A stretch of 63,574 nucleotides of DNA, filler included, from 21 parts of 21 records of this genome joined end to end with filler, not necessarily neighbours in it, one strand, 5' to 3'; positions 31,249 to 43,157 are shown, counted from the whole stretch's first letter. Notes: generated from the sequence alone by a model not told the origin. Translations and numbers: made by a program.

Positions 31249-33349
31249 CCTGCAGTTTGAACCCAAACCACAACATTTACAACAATACAGTGGTGAACCA
31301 ATAAGCGTGGATAATGTTATACGAGTATATGGTACTCACCAGCTAGAAGTGCCTATTTGGGGCTATGTCGAACTACCAGTAATGGCCTTAGGTAAAACGT
31401 TTCCTGTCTGTTTTCTCATTATGAAACGTAAGGAGCCAGGATCCACTTCTGCACGTACGCCAATTCTTTTAGGATGCAATGCCTTACGGTACTGGCAGAG
31501 CACACCGGATGTAAAAGATGAAGATTGGCACATCACTTTAAAATGGTTAAATGTAGCCCAACCCGAAACTCTGACACGGAATGTGGAATCTAAACCTGTC
31601 AGTAGATATGACGTTAGAACTGGGTCCATACCATTAGTTTTGTGGCCTCAGCAGTTCCATAACGTGTCGGGCAAGTTACATCGACTACCTTATGAAGAAC
31701 AGGATGGAGACTGGATGATCGAAACCCTGGATTTTGCAACTATCGTATGTGAAAGCACTGGTAAAGATTTAGAAGACCAGCTATGTGACTTGCAGAAGAC
31801 TCCGTCCCTCTTGGAAAAGGATAGCAACTTGAGTTACTGCCATCCCAGCAGAGACAGTAAGGAAGAGGATTTCTTAGGTAATCAACCACTAGAGGATTGT
31901 GTTTCTTTCGATGTAGTGAATAAAATAAATGGCAGGACTACTTTGGTACCCATTGAAAACAACACTAGTCAATTATTAATCATTCCACCCTACACTAAGA
32001 TTGCGACAGCTACAAATTTAGTGGAACAAAAACAGATTCAGGTTGAAGCAAACGGAAGCAGCATGTGGATTTCTCTCACTCCATTTCTCTCGGAAAGTTC
32101 TATTCCGAGTAGAATCTGTGAAGCGAAGTGTAATGAAGAATTGCCAACAGGGACAGACAACACAGATACATCAGGCATATTATCGGTGGAAAGAGAGTTG
32201 AGACAAAATATTCCAGCACAGGACAATAAGGAGCAAACTGTTCCAGAACAGGATACTTATACTTTTCCCAATGGAGAGAAGTACACATTGCCACCGGGTA
32301 TCAAGCTCTCGGATGTGGGTGATGATGGAGTACAGTTGTCAGATCGATTTTTCGACAAGTTTTGTCGATTAATTCAACAGTTTGATGACGTATTTGTTAA
32401 AAGCGATCTGGACCTTGGGAAATGTAATATTATACCACATCGTATTAATTTGTGTGATAAAGACCAACCACCCGTGAATTTACTCTACCGTAGGATTCCT
32501 CCGAATCAATTACAAGAAGTCAGAGACCACGTGCAAGGCCTTTTGGATCAAGGAATCTTACGACCTAGCAAAAGTCCATTCGCTAGTCCTATTGTACTGG
32601 TACGGAAGAAGGATAGATCTCTGCGGATGTGCATTGACTATCGTTAGATTAATTACCGATCAATAGGAGACGCGTTCCCATTGCCAAGGATTACTGATGC
32701 TTTGGAGGCGTTGCTTGGAGTAAAAATGAGCACTTCAATGGACTTAGCACATGGTTATTTACAGGTTGCGATGGATGAGGAGTGTATTCCGATGACTGCT
32801 TTCCGGCTACCCTTTGGCCTGTACGAGTACCTGCGTATGCCATTCGGCCTGTCGGGAGCACCAAGTACATTTCAACGAATCATGGAATCTTGTCTTGGGG
32901 ACTTGAACATGACTGAACTCCTCGTTTATTTGGATGACATTGTGGTGTACTCTGTTGATGAAGATCAACAATTGGAACGCTTGGCAAAAGTGTTTCAACG
33001 GTTGCGCGATTTTGATCTCAAGGGGAAAGGGAAGAAGTGCAAGTTCTTCAAATCTGAGATGCCATTTCTGGGGCATGTCATTACTGCTGAAGGCATAAAA
33101 GTGGATCCGGATAAGACAGAAAAGGTAAAAGACTGGCCAATGCCACTGACCATCGATAAACTCAGGTCCTTTTTGGGGCTGGCTAGTTACTATCGAAGAT
33201 TCATTAATGATTTCTCGAAAATTGCCAAACCACTCACGGATATGCTAAGAGATGACTGCGCCAGGGAAGGTGGAAATCATAAGAAGCGGTTATTGAACTG
33301 GGATGATGCAGCTCGAGAATCATTTTCCCGGTTGAAAACCATGCTTATC
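31249..33349 (+). pseudogene. Ty3/gypsy pol fragment (protease C-half, long spacer, RT) with an in-frame nonsense codon
   Basis: PIWGYVEL and ILLGCNAL (protease), then SPFASPIVLVRKKD..MCIDYR*INYRSIGDAFPLPRI with TAG at 32645-32647. ORFs 31307 and 32681 share a frame. MPFGL, YLDD, LRSFLGLASYYRRFI. Confidence 0.9.
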
Positions 33350-33449
33350 NNNNNNNNNNNNNNNNNNNNNNNNNNNNNNNNNNNNNNNNNNNNTTAATTA
33401 ATTAANNNNNNNNNNNNNNNNNNNNNNNNNNNNNNNNNNNNNNNNNNNN

Positions 33450-34345
33450 AACTCACCAGAACAAACGAAGTGAGTAAAGAAGACAACACCAGCGAAGTAG
33501 GAATTGCAGAACAGAGTGAGCCAGTCCAGGAAATACAGGAAAATATGGGTCGGCCTATTGACCCAACGATTAGCGAAAATAGTATAGTCACACCAGAGAC
33601 ACCCAAAGACGTATCCAGTAGTAAACCAGTGGAAGGTTCCGTTGGAGAAAATGTAGCAGATCAAAAATCGGATTGCAACAATCATACAGAAACGCCTGCA
33701 GTATCTTACAACACAGTCATACAAAACTTCAAAAGGCAAATGGACCCAGAGACAGCTAGCATAAGCTCCCAGCAAAGTACTGATTATCAGTTTTTTGACG
33801 CAAGCGACAACCTGGAAAAAGAAACAGATAGAGAATCTCAGGATGCTACAAATGCACTGAATCAGGACAAAAATGAATCAGACGTTGCTGAAGCAAGACC
33901 ACAGAAAAGAAAGAGACTGGAAAAGGTAAACAAGAACGACAGCCTGGACAAAAATGAAATGAGTGATATGGAAACATCATCAATCTGCACATCCTTAACG
34001 AGTGTAGACTTGTCTAAAGAAGAGGAGACCGCGAAAGGAAATGAGGAAGCCAAACAAAATGATTCCGCCAGTAACTCCAAAAACAAAATACCTCCTGGTC
34101 TAAATCCAACCTATGTGCACCTCTCTTTCATGGAGCCCTTCATGACACAAGAAGGTTTGTGGCATTGGAGACGCAGAGACAATAAAGTAATCATCTGCAA
34201 AAACGTACTGACTATGGAGAAGATGAACGAGAGCGAAATGGAAGAACTGAAAAAATACAAGTCAAAAGAACCAATGTTCACGAAGGGCAGATACTGGTGG
34301 AGAAGTAAACGAACAGAAAAACGTAACAATGGATTACAGAACTAA
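33450..34345 (+). CDS. C-terminal part of L1/Tx1 ORF1p (low-complexity, acidic/basic)
   Basis: Long open frame directly upstream of, and overlapping, an APE-encoding ORF2. No diagnostic motif is present in the fragment. Confidence 0.65.
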
Positions 34346-35614
34346 ATCGAATGTAAAAAATCGCTCACACCCAGTAAGAAGAAGGTGTGATCGAGTAAAG
34401 TTAGCCTACCTTGTTATTCTGGCTTTATATGCAATGGCTCTGAAAATACAGACTTTAAATGTAAGAGGACTACAAAACTATGATAAGAGAACAGAAATAT
34501 TCGAATGGTTAAAACGGACAAAAGCAGAAGTTGCTGTGCTTCAGGAAACGCATTCGATAGCAAGGAACGAGGATCAATGGCGCAACGAGTGGGGAGGCCA
34601 AATATTTTTTAGCCATGGAGATAGCGATGCCAGAGGTGTATGTATATTGGTTAATAGCAAAAAGAACTTGAAAGCTTCAACACTGAAACGTGATCACCAT
34701 GGACGATTAATAAGCTTAGACATAGAATGGGACAAACAGCCTTTAAGAATAACAAATATTTATGCGCCAAACTCTGCAACAGAAAGAAATGAATTCCTTA
34801 AAAACTCTGTCCAACATGCCATAAGTGACCAAAGACTTAACATCTTAATTGGTGACATGAACGTGACGCTAGATGCATATAAAGACTCCCTTCATCCAAG
34901 AACAGGAAACGATATAAGCAGAAGAACATTACTTTCCATGATGAGCGATAACAACTTAGTTGACATATGGAGAACACGGTATCCAGATGAAAAACGATTT
35001 ACATATTACAATAGAAGTAAAACAATTGCCAGCAGACTAGACTACATACTACTGGATGGAAGGCTTACTTCTTCCGTGACGAGTATAGACATCAAACCTT
35101 TCGTATGGAGTGACCACAACAGTGTAACAATGAAGATAGAACCAATGGACGATATACAACGAGGTCCTGGAAAGTGGATAATGAATGAATCGCTACTTAA
35201 AGATAACCTGTATAAAACACAAGTTAACAATCTAATCAATAATTGGAAAACCGCAAAGCCTGAAGATAAGACGTGGCTAGAATGGTGGGAAAAGCTCAAA
35301 TGTGACATCAAAGAATTGAGCATAACATACAGTGAACAAAACTGCAGATCTGATAACCGAAAGTTAAAAAAACTAGAGAAGGACTATAAAAGAATTCAAC
35401 GCAAAATTAACGATGGACAATCGCGGTACTCAGAGTTATTGAATACCATTGAACAAGAAATTAAACGTTTAAATGAATTGAAAACGGAAGCCTCACGAAT
35501 GCGATCACGTATCCAATGGGAAGAGGAAGGGGAAACTCCGACAAAGTTCTTCTTTGGATTGGAAAAGGAAAGAGGAAAGTCAAAATTGATAAGAGGAATA
35601 ATTGGACGAGACAA
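34329..35614 (+). CDS. Tx1/L1 ORF2 APE endonuclease (alternative start ATG 34434), 3'-truncated
   Basis: TLNVRGL, LQETH, NIYAPN, GDMN, SRLDYI, SDH, RGPGKWIMNESLL, EGETPTKFFFGLEK. Confidence 0.93.
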
Positions 35615-35714
35615 NNNNNNNNNNNNNNNNNNNNNNNNNNNNNNNNNNNNNNNNNNNNTTAATTAATTAANNNNNNNNNNNNNNNNNNNNNNNNNNNNNN
35701 NNNNNNNNNNNNNN

Positions 35715-35915
35715 GGATCAGAGTGGCTCGCTTGGGATTAATAATATCAAAAATCTGAGAAAAGTGTCTGCCCGAGCTAGCGCAAGGTCTGTTTCCATCA
35801 AATTACGTTCGCATGATATGTCACAAAATGAAGCGTTGAGAGAGACGGACGCACGCACGAACAGACACTTCAGAAACTAGATGCCCCCGCGCTATCGCTA
35901 GCGGTGGCATAAAAA
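35715..35915 (+). mobile_element. Probable 3' end of a non-autonomous Helentron/HINE (DINE-1-like) element
   Basis: GACGGACGCACGCACGAACAGACA tetranucleotide microsatellite, then hairpin ATGCCCCCGC..GCGGTGGCAT (35881-35910) and AAAAA. This is the typical HINE terminal architecture. Confidence 0.6.
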
Positions 35916-37335
35916 CACAAATGGGCAGAGGTAGAAAAAAGTGACGGCAACGTACCCTTAACTGTTTGAATCTATGTCGGAAAGTGGCAATTGTTAATGT
36001 TTTTCGACCCCTGTCTGCTTGATACTCCCTAATATAAAAAATTTTGGAACTATAAAATTCAACCTTTCTACACTCATGCAATACATTACAGAGCATAATC
36101 CACCAATTTTCAGCCGCAGGCCTATAAAGTAAATGTTTTTTAAAAAAACTTGAGAGACACTGTTTTTGCTCAATGTTCTGTTACTTCGCACAGCACTGTA
36201 TACAATTAGCTACTGCTTTCGTAAACGTGGCATTCTCTTCTTTTTTAGGTGTTTCTGATAATGCTAAAATGTGAAAAGATTCCGTTTAAAAATAACCACG
36301 TTAACAAAAAACAAATGGGTAGATATAGGAATAATTAACGCCAACGTACCCGTACTCTTCTGTGCTTGTGTGTTCTCCTCTGGGACGTCGCCCACAAAAT
36401 TTAAGCTGCTGAATAAGCGCAGTGTGATACAACGAGTGCGCTCACAAACCCAAATGAACGCGTTGCAGTCCCGGAAAAAAGGGACCCCACCTGGCACAAT
36501 TTCATAGGCTATTTTTCACAAGCTAATACACGTGGCATATTGCCATAGGCCGCCGTACCGTTTTTCGGCCAGAGAGGCACACTAAACCATACGAGGGTAG
36601 TGGCGTCGCGGAAACTTAAACACCCGTCATAATTTCATTGGCTATACCCGGCAGAATAAGCGCACGTGGCGTGGTGGTATTGGGCACCAAAGCATCTACG
36701 AAGCAGCAATCCTATTGCACTAGCCGCCTAACAAACTCATTGTAGGGGCACTCGGGGATAGGGCCAGCGCAGTGCACGATTCGAACTAGCCTTTACCCAC
36801 GGCCGACTATAGGTGGTCTGGGCTGGCGGACCTTTAAACGCTGGAATGTGCACAAGAAAATGGCTATCACCTCACTTTTAGAGTACTGTATTAAATAGAA
36901 AAAATAGTGAAACTCCCGCAATTATTTTGGAATATCTCAAAAAATTAGTGGGTATAGCTGGCTAAAATTTTCAGCAGTTGTTCTCTATAGGAATAGGGCG
37001 GAAACCTGCCAATTCCGTTAACCATGAACACAAAAATAACAGGTTTACATAGGCCGCAAAGGCGAAATACCATACGGAGAAACACGGATTAACAAAGTAA
37101 AATGTGGAAACATCGTATTTTAGTAGCCATTTTTTGTTTAAAAAAAACTTACCAGTCATTTCAGAAACTTACCAGAAACTGATTTCTCAAATTTAGTGCT
37201 ATGCATGTTGCCCTACGGGACGAGGTATTTACATACTGTAGCTGCGTAGCGTGATTATTATAGCCGTTCTCTGTGCATCAGCTGGTACGTATGCTATCCA
37301 GACCAGCTATAAAGTCGTCCATGGTTTACCAGTGT

Positions 37336-37375
37336 GCTGCCACCACAGCATAGATATCTATGCTGTGGCTGCCAC
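37336..37375. repeat. 24-bp perfect palindrome flanked by 8-bp direct repeats
   Basis: GCTGCCAC [CACAGCATAGATATCTATGCTGTG] GCTGCCAC. Confidence 0.9.
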
Positions 37376-38288
37376 TCAGTAGAGATGACGAAATGGTCCA
37401 CGTGTTTAACTGTGCATCAATGGCATAGGGCTATAGTGATAGGCCCGGCGTTTTAATCACATTAGGCAATACATATCGCACAATTCTACCTCGTATACAG
37501 GTGTAGGTCTATTACTAGTAGGGCAACAAAAGCACTCTATTAATTCACTATTTATGCAACAATAATAGGCTATTTTAGCAATCAGGGACTCCCAATGAAA
37601 TTTGCTATTGTACAGGCATATTATATTATTATAATGAAATACCTTTTACACTCCTTTGAACATTAATTACTAGGCGACAGAGTTTCTTTCTATCAGATAG
37701 CCCTGTTACAATGCTGTTGTATTGGCTGACAGAATGCGGATTTTCTTGCGTCTATTTAGTGTTTCTCGATGCTGTTGCCTAAACATTACTATTGCTATGT
37801 CTATGGCAATGGTTTATACATTATAGCTTTCACTGACATATTCCTGTGTTTGTAACATATTCAGACCTATTTCACTTACCGACAGTTGGCACTGTACAAT
37901 GATTTATTCCATTCGCTATATAACATAGTGGGCGACTGCCAGGCCGTCTTCTTTATTCAAGAAGCTTAGTAATCCTATGTTTAACTTTGCAATGCCTATC
38001 AAGGTACCGCCTGTTCCTGCTTTCACGATTCATGAACACTACTATTTTTGAAGTCAGTAAAAATAGTTTTTACTGTATTACTAAGGAAAATAATTATGTT
38101 TGAGAAGCCACGGTTTAGCAAAATACGTCTTTCTTCTACATCCTGTTAATTTTTCAAAGTATTTTTTTCAACTAAACCGTGCGGGCCTNNNNNNNNNNNN
38201 NNNNNNNNNNNNNNNNNNNNNNNNNNNNNNNNTTAATTAATTAANNNNNNNNNNNNNNNNNNNNNNNNNNNNNNNNNNNNNNNNNNNN

Positions 38289-40330
38289 GGAAAAATTTGG
38301 ATGACAGCATTCCTCAACTGAGTTCTTGTCTTCAATATACTTCTTGCCAACAATGATAAAATCTCCACAGCAAACTTGTGTTGATGTATCATACGCCCAA
38401 ACTCCACAGCACTCTTGCTTTGGTGTTCTTGGAAACCTCTGCTTATTTTGGCAGCAAATATGGGACGTCGTGTTATAAAGAGAGCCTTTATCTTTGTTTC
38501 CACAACATTTAAAATCAGAAGACTGGTCGTGTATGTTACCGCCACAACAAAAACTCTTGGCATTGTCGTAGGGAACATTTTGGCAACAATCTGAATCTAG
38601 ATTAAGCAGCTGCGTTGATGCACTCGTGTTGGTTAGCGTGTTCATGCAACACTGTTTGGATGTTGGAGCTTGGTATCTGTTTTGTTGGGATGTGCAGCAC
38701 GACACAGGTGCCAGTTTCTTATCTGTGGACCTTTCGCAACAACTTTCCGTTGAGGAATTGTATGGAAGAATGTCCATGCAGCATTTGTCGTTTTCCCCTT
38801 TTTTGAGAACGCTTCTGTCGCAACAGTACTCATTTTGCTGGTTGTAAATTTTTCCAGCACAACAATCGCTTGTTTGTCTATCATAGGCTACTGCCCTGCG
38901 GTGACCATACAAGTACGATGAACAACAGCCTTGAGTAGCATTGTTAATTACTTTATCACCACAACAAACCATATTCCCATCGGCTGACACGTTATGAACA
39001 CTTCCGTAACAACATAATTGGCTAAAAGGATTATAGACCGATATCGTTGTCTCTGCAGAATCATGGAAAGGCACAAATGTATTTGATGCACAGCAGCCAA
39101 TATTGAATGTGTTCCTTTCAAAAATTCTTCCTTGACAACAAGTACTGTTTACTAAAAAGTAGGGAGCTGGCACAGTGTTTGATTTGCCGGTGACGTCATA
39201 ACAGCAAGAATCGTATAGAGATTTATCGTATGTTGCACTGCCACAGCAGCCATGTGTTGTGATGTTGTAGTTAACTGAGCCACATCGAGCTAGTGACGGG
39301 ATATTCTTATCGCAACTACTTTTCCAATCTGTGTAACCGAAATATATATATAATGGTATACTCTGTTCGCAACAAGACTCTGTTAATATGTTAAACGTTT
39401 TGTTGCCACAGCATGTGATGCCAAACTGATGTTCATATACTTCGCCATTACAGCACATATGCATCAAAGGATTATATGCAGAAATTCCAGCACTGACTGA
39501 GTATAACATTCGATTCATGCAACAGGAAGTGTTTAAGCCTTTTTCAAACACAGCTCTGCCACCGCAGCACATCTCTCTTGCAGTATTATATGGCAATTTT
39601 CCACAACATTTCACGTCCGCCGAACTCCTATTGTACAAACTACCTCCACAGCAAATATAGTCTTCCACATTATATGGTTTATCTGCGCAACGGTAGGTTC
39701 TAGGCACTAATGTGCGTCCCCCCGGATATCTGTACGAGCAACTCATTAATGTAGCGTTGTACGGTACACTATCACAGCAGGAAGTGGCATTGTTTTTATC
39801 ATATAACGTTCCTTGACAACATATTTCTGTCGCCAAATCATACGGTTTGAACTCTGAAGAGTTTCGGATTTTGCCGCAACAAGATGTGGTCGTCCCGGGC
39901 GGAATGTCGTGAATTAAATTACCGCAGCATGTTTTTGTATAACGATCATAAATCTCGTTTCTGCAGCAACCATGTGTCTTGTAAGAATATGTAGTGTTGC
40001 CACAACAACCGGTGTGATGCGGTGACTCCTTAATGATAAGGTTTTGTGACCTACAACACACGTGCCTACTTCTGTCGAATGGTATTCCATTACAACAGGA
40101 CATTTCGTCACTTGTTTTATTATACAGTCTTCTGTTGCAGCATATTGAAGTTTTGTCAGAATAGCATTCGTTACCACATTTTGATCTGCAGTGGACCCCA
40201 GAGTAGTGAGAACAATATTGCATTTCACTATCAAAGGGAACAATATCGTTACAACACTTTGTATTGCTCCCAATATCATATACCGTTCCATTGCAGCAGA
40301 ATTGCTTTTCTCCGTCAATCACTTTGCCAT
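38289..40330 (-). CDS. Galaxin/usherin-like di-cysteine repeat protein (internal fragment)
   Basis: About 680 open codons of ~25-30-aa units of the form Y(D/N)xxxxxCCxGxxYxxxxxxxCCG, with many N-glycosylation sequons. Confidence 0.85.
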
Positions 40331-40430
40331 NNNNNNNNNNNNNNNNNNNNNNNNNNNNNNNNNNNNNNNNNNNNTTAATTAATTAANNNNNNNNNNNNNN
40401 NNNNNNNNNNNNNNNNNNNNNNNNNNNNNN

Positions 40431-41222
40431 AAAGTATCGGCAACATCTGGGGAACCAACATCGGATGCGGCGCCGGCGTCTATCCATGAATTGCGCCAGA
40501 TTAAAGACTTACAGACAGAAGTAGAAAGACAGATGCGTCACGACCCAATTGTTGGTGAACAGTGTAAACAGAATGTGGATATTTGTTCTGCAGGTAATAA
40601 TGATTTTCTATACGCGTGTAAATCTGATTCTTGTGTAACAAAAGTTAAATCTGGAATTCAGCTAAAAGCATCTGACATAGTTAAGCGCCAAGAGAATTAC
40701 CCACATGCCTTTTTGCAGTATGAAGACCAAAATATCTCTTATAACAATTTAACAATGCCGCAGTTTGTTTCGGGGTTTATGTGTATTTTAAATTCGGAAA
40801 TTTCTGAGGTAGAAAGGCAAGGTAGAACTCAGCACTTAGCTAAATTAATGCACTATGCAAACAGTTATCCTTGGCATACAATTTTACAGTTGCATAAATC
40901 AGTTGTCTTGTCTATTGAGATGGGCCGAAAGGAATGGGACTCGGATTTCTCCGATATTGAGAACAGTGTCTTGCTAGGATTTGCCTTAAATAACAGGAAT
41001 GTAATGAATAATAGGGTGCCGAACAATGACAGTGTTTTCTATTGTAGTAATTTTCAAAACAATACTTGCAGATTCAAACAGAGAAGTCATTTTCAATTGA
41101 TAGCTGGTGTTAATAGAAATGTGTTGCACATTTGCAAGAGATGCTGGGTTTCTCAGCGCGAAAAGGCGTGGCATAGTGAGGGGTCCGAGTCTTGTCCTCT
41201 TCGGAATGAACACAACAAATGA
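40431..41222 (+). CDS. DIRS/Ngaro-type gag-like ORF with C-terminal Cys/His finger (5'-truncated)
   Basis: VKSG..YPH..YNNLTMPQFVSGFMCI..HLAKLMHYA..YPW..H..IEMG..W, then FYCSNFQNNTC..H..HICKRC..H....CP. Directly precedes a DIRS-type RT. Confidence 0.75.
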   Translation, partial: KVSATSGEPTSDAAPASIHELRQIKDLQTEVERQMRHDPIVGEQCKQNVDICSAGNNDFLYACKSDSCVTKVKSGIQLKASDIVKRQENYPHAFLQYEDQNISYNNLTMPQFVSGFMCILNSEISEVERQGRTQHLAKLMHYANSYPWHTILQLHKSVVLSIEMGRKEWDSDFSDIENSVLLGFALNNRNVMNNRVPNNDSVFYCSNFQNNTCRFKQRSHFQLIAGVNRNVLHICKRCWVSQREKAWHSEGSESCPLRNEHNK

Positions 41223-43057
41223 CTAGGCTTAGGGCGTGCATCAGGTAGACCTATTCCTTCTGTGACCAAAGCACGTGTGTATAACAAAAGATTTGTAAAC
41301 AACACCGGTACTATTAGTAAATGTTATAATTCTGATAATACATGTAACGTGTCTAATGTGGATAAAAGTGTTTGTTTGAAACAAGGCACAACTGTAATTA
41401 GTGCTAACACGCAAGCTTTGCGCCAGACATCAAAAATTTTGGCATTGGATGTTCAGTCACAGTCGGCTGAAGCTACTTGTAAACAGCCTAGTAAAGTTCA
41501 CAACCTGCAATCTAAAAACGAAGAGAGGCGGCATGTTAATAGTTTGGAACCAATACCTAATATTGATAGGCCTACTAATGTGCTTTTAAAGCAAAACATG
41601 GAAATCATTTACAGTGTACGGTTCTTGCTTATTATGTATGTTATGACAGTGTGTTTTATGCTTATGTGTTTTAGTGTTGCAAACGTCTCACTTCCTATCG
41701 CAGACACAGGCCTACTTCAGCACAGTGCTTGTAATACGTGTAGTTCTGTTTCAGAATGCCTTTTTGAGAGTCAGTGTGCAGGTATCGATTTTGGTCCCAA
41801 AGCGTTATTTTGCAGTAAAGGTAAAATTAATAAGGTTGCGGTGCCCACGAAGGCACAAAGCTTTACAGTTACACGTTCTGGCCTAAAGCATAAAACCTTC
41901 TTCGAAAGTACTTTACTGTTCGATATTATTAGTCAACGGCATGTAGATATGTCTGATGGATTAGGCTTTGTAAGTTACGCACTCTCCGATGAGTATGACC
42001 CAGTGAGTATTGCTAACCATGTAATACAAACCGAAAAACCTAATTTTATGATGGCTAAAATTCCAGTGAAATCAAATTTGAATATTTTAAATTGGCGTGA
42101 ATTGTTGGTTGAATATTATGATTATTCGATATGTGACTATCTAGAGTTCGGCTGGCCCATAGGCTTCAATTATGAGTTTTTTCCTGTAGGCAGCGAGCGT
42201 GGAGTAAATCACAAGGGGGCTACGCAGTTCCAGTCTCAGTTGGATTCTTATATCCAAAAGGAACGAAGTTTAGGTGCGGTATTAGGTCCGTTTGAAGACA
42301 ATCCGTTTATTTTGCAGTGTGTGACGTCACCACTTAATACAGTACCAAAAACCGACAATAAACGCCGTGTTATTCTAGATCTTAGCTTTCCGTTAAATGT
42401 TTCAGTGAACGATGGCATCCCAAAAAATACTTATTTGGGATCGAATTACAGTTTAACATTGCCAACTGTGGACAATTTTGCCAACTTGGTCTGTATGTCG
42501 GGCAGGGGGTGCTACTTGTATAAAGTGGATCTTGAAAGAGCTTACCGACAAATACCTGTTGATCCGCGCGACTACCCGTTATTAGGCTATTGCTGGGATG
42601 ACAAATTATTTTTTGACACAGTGTTAGCAATGGGCATGCGCTCTTCAGCTATGATAATGCAGCGTTGTACCGATGCAATAGGTCATATCATGTGGGAACA
42701 AAATTTTTGGTGTGAAAATTACATAGATGATTTTTTCGGAGTTCAGAAAACTTTTGAAACAGCTGTAAGCGCCAAAAACCATTTAAAGCAGACAATGCAT
42801 AAATTGGGCCTGGTGGATAAGCCAGAAAAAGAAGTTGGGCCCGTAACTAGTTTAGAAGTTTTGGGTGTAAACTTTGATTCACAAACTATGACGATTAGTA
42901 CGACCACAGTAAGGCTACAAGAGGCTTTAGAAATTATAGCGACTTGGCAGTGCAAAAAACGTTGTTCATTAAGGGAACTACAGGTGCTTGTGGGTAAGCT
43001 CATGTTCATATCAAAGTGCGTCAAACAAAGTCGCTTGTTTATGTCCCGATTAATTGA
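41223..43057 (+). CDS. DIRS/Ngaro-type reverse transcriptase ORF (3'-truncated), in frame with gag
   Basis: LEFGWPIGF, NHKGA, LGPF, SPLNTVPK, RRVILDLSFP, SVNDGI, KVDLERAYRQIP, LAMGMRSS, NYIDDF, LEVLGVNFD, LQVLVGKL. Confidence 0.9.
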
Positions 43058-43157
43058 NNNNNNNNNNNNNNNNNNNNNNNNNNNNNNNNNNNNNNNNNNN
43101 NTTAATTAATTAANNNNNNNNNNNNNNNNNNNNNNNNNNNNNNNNNNNNNNNNNNNN

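Noticed and set aside
32645-32647. TAG in gypsy pol as programmed readthrough
   Set aside because: It falls inside the conserved RT motif DYRxLN, where a sense codon is expected, and the context is not a readthrough motif. A nonsense mutation explains it best.
25961-43057. The YR/SGNH fragment and the gag/RT fragment (40431-43057) as parts of one DIRS element
   Set aside because: They are separate fragments with no shared sequence seen. The idea is possible but unsupported.
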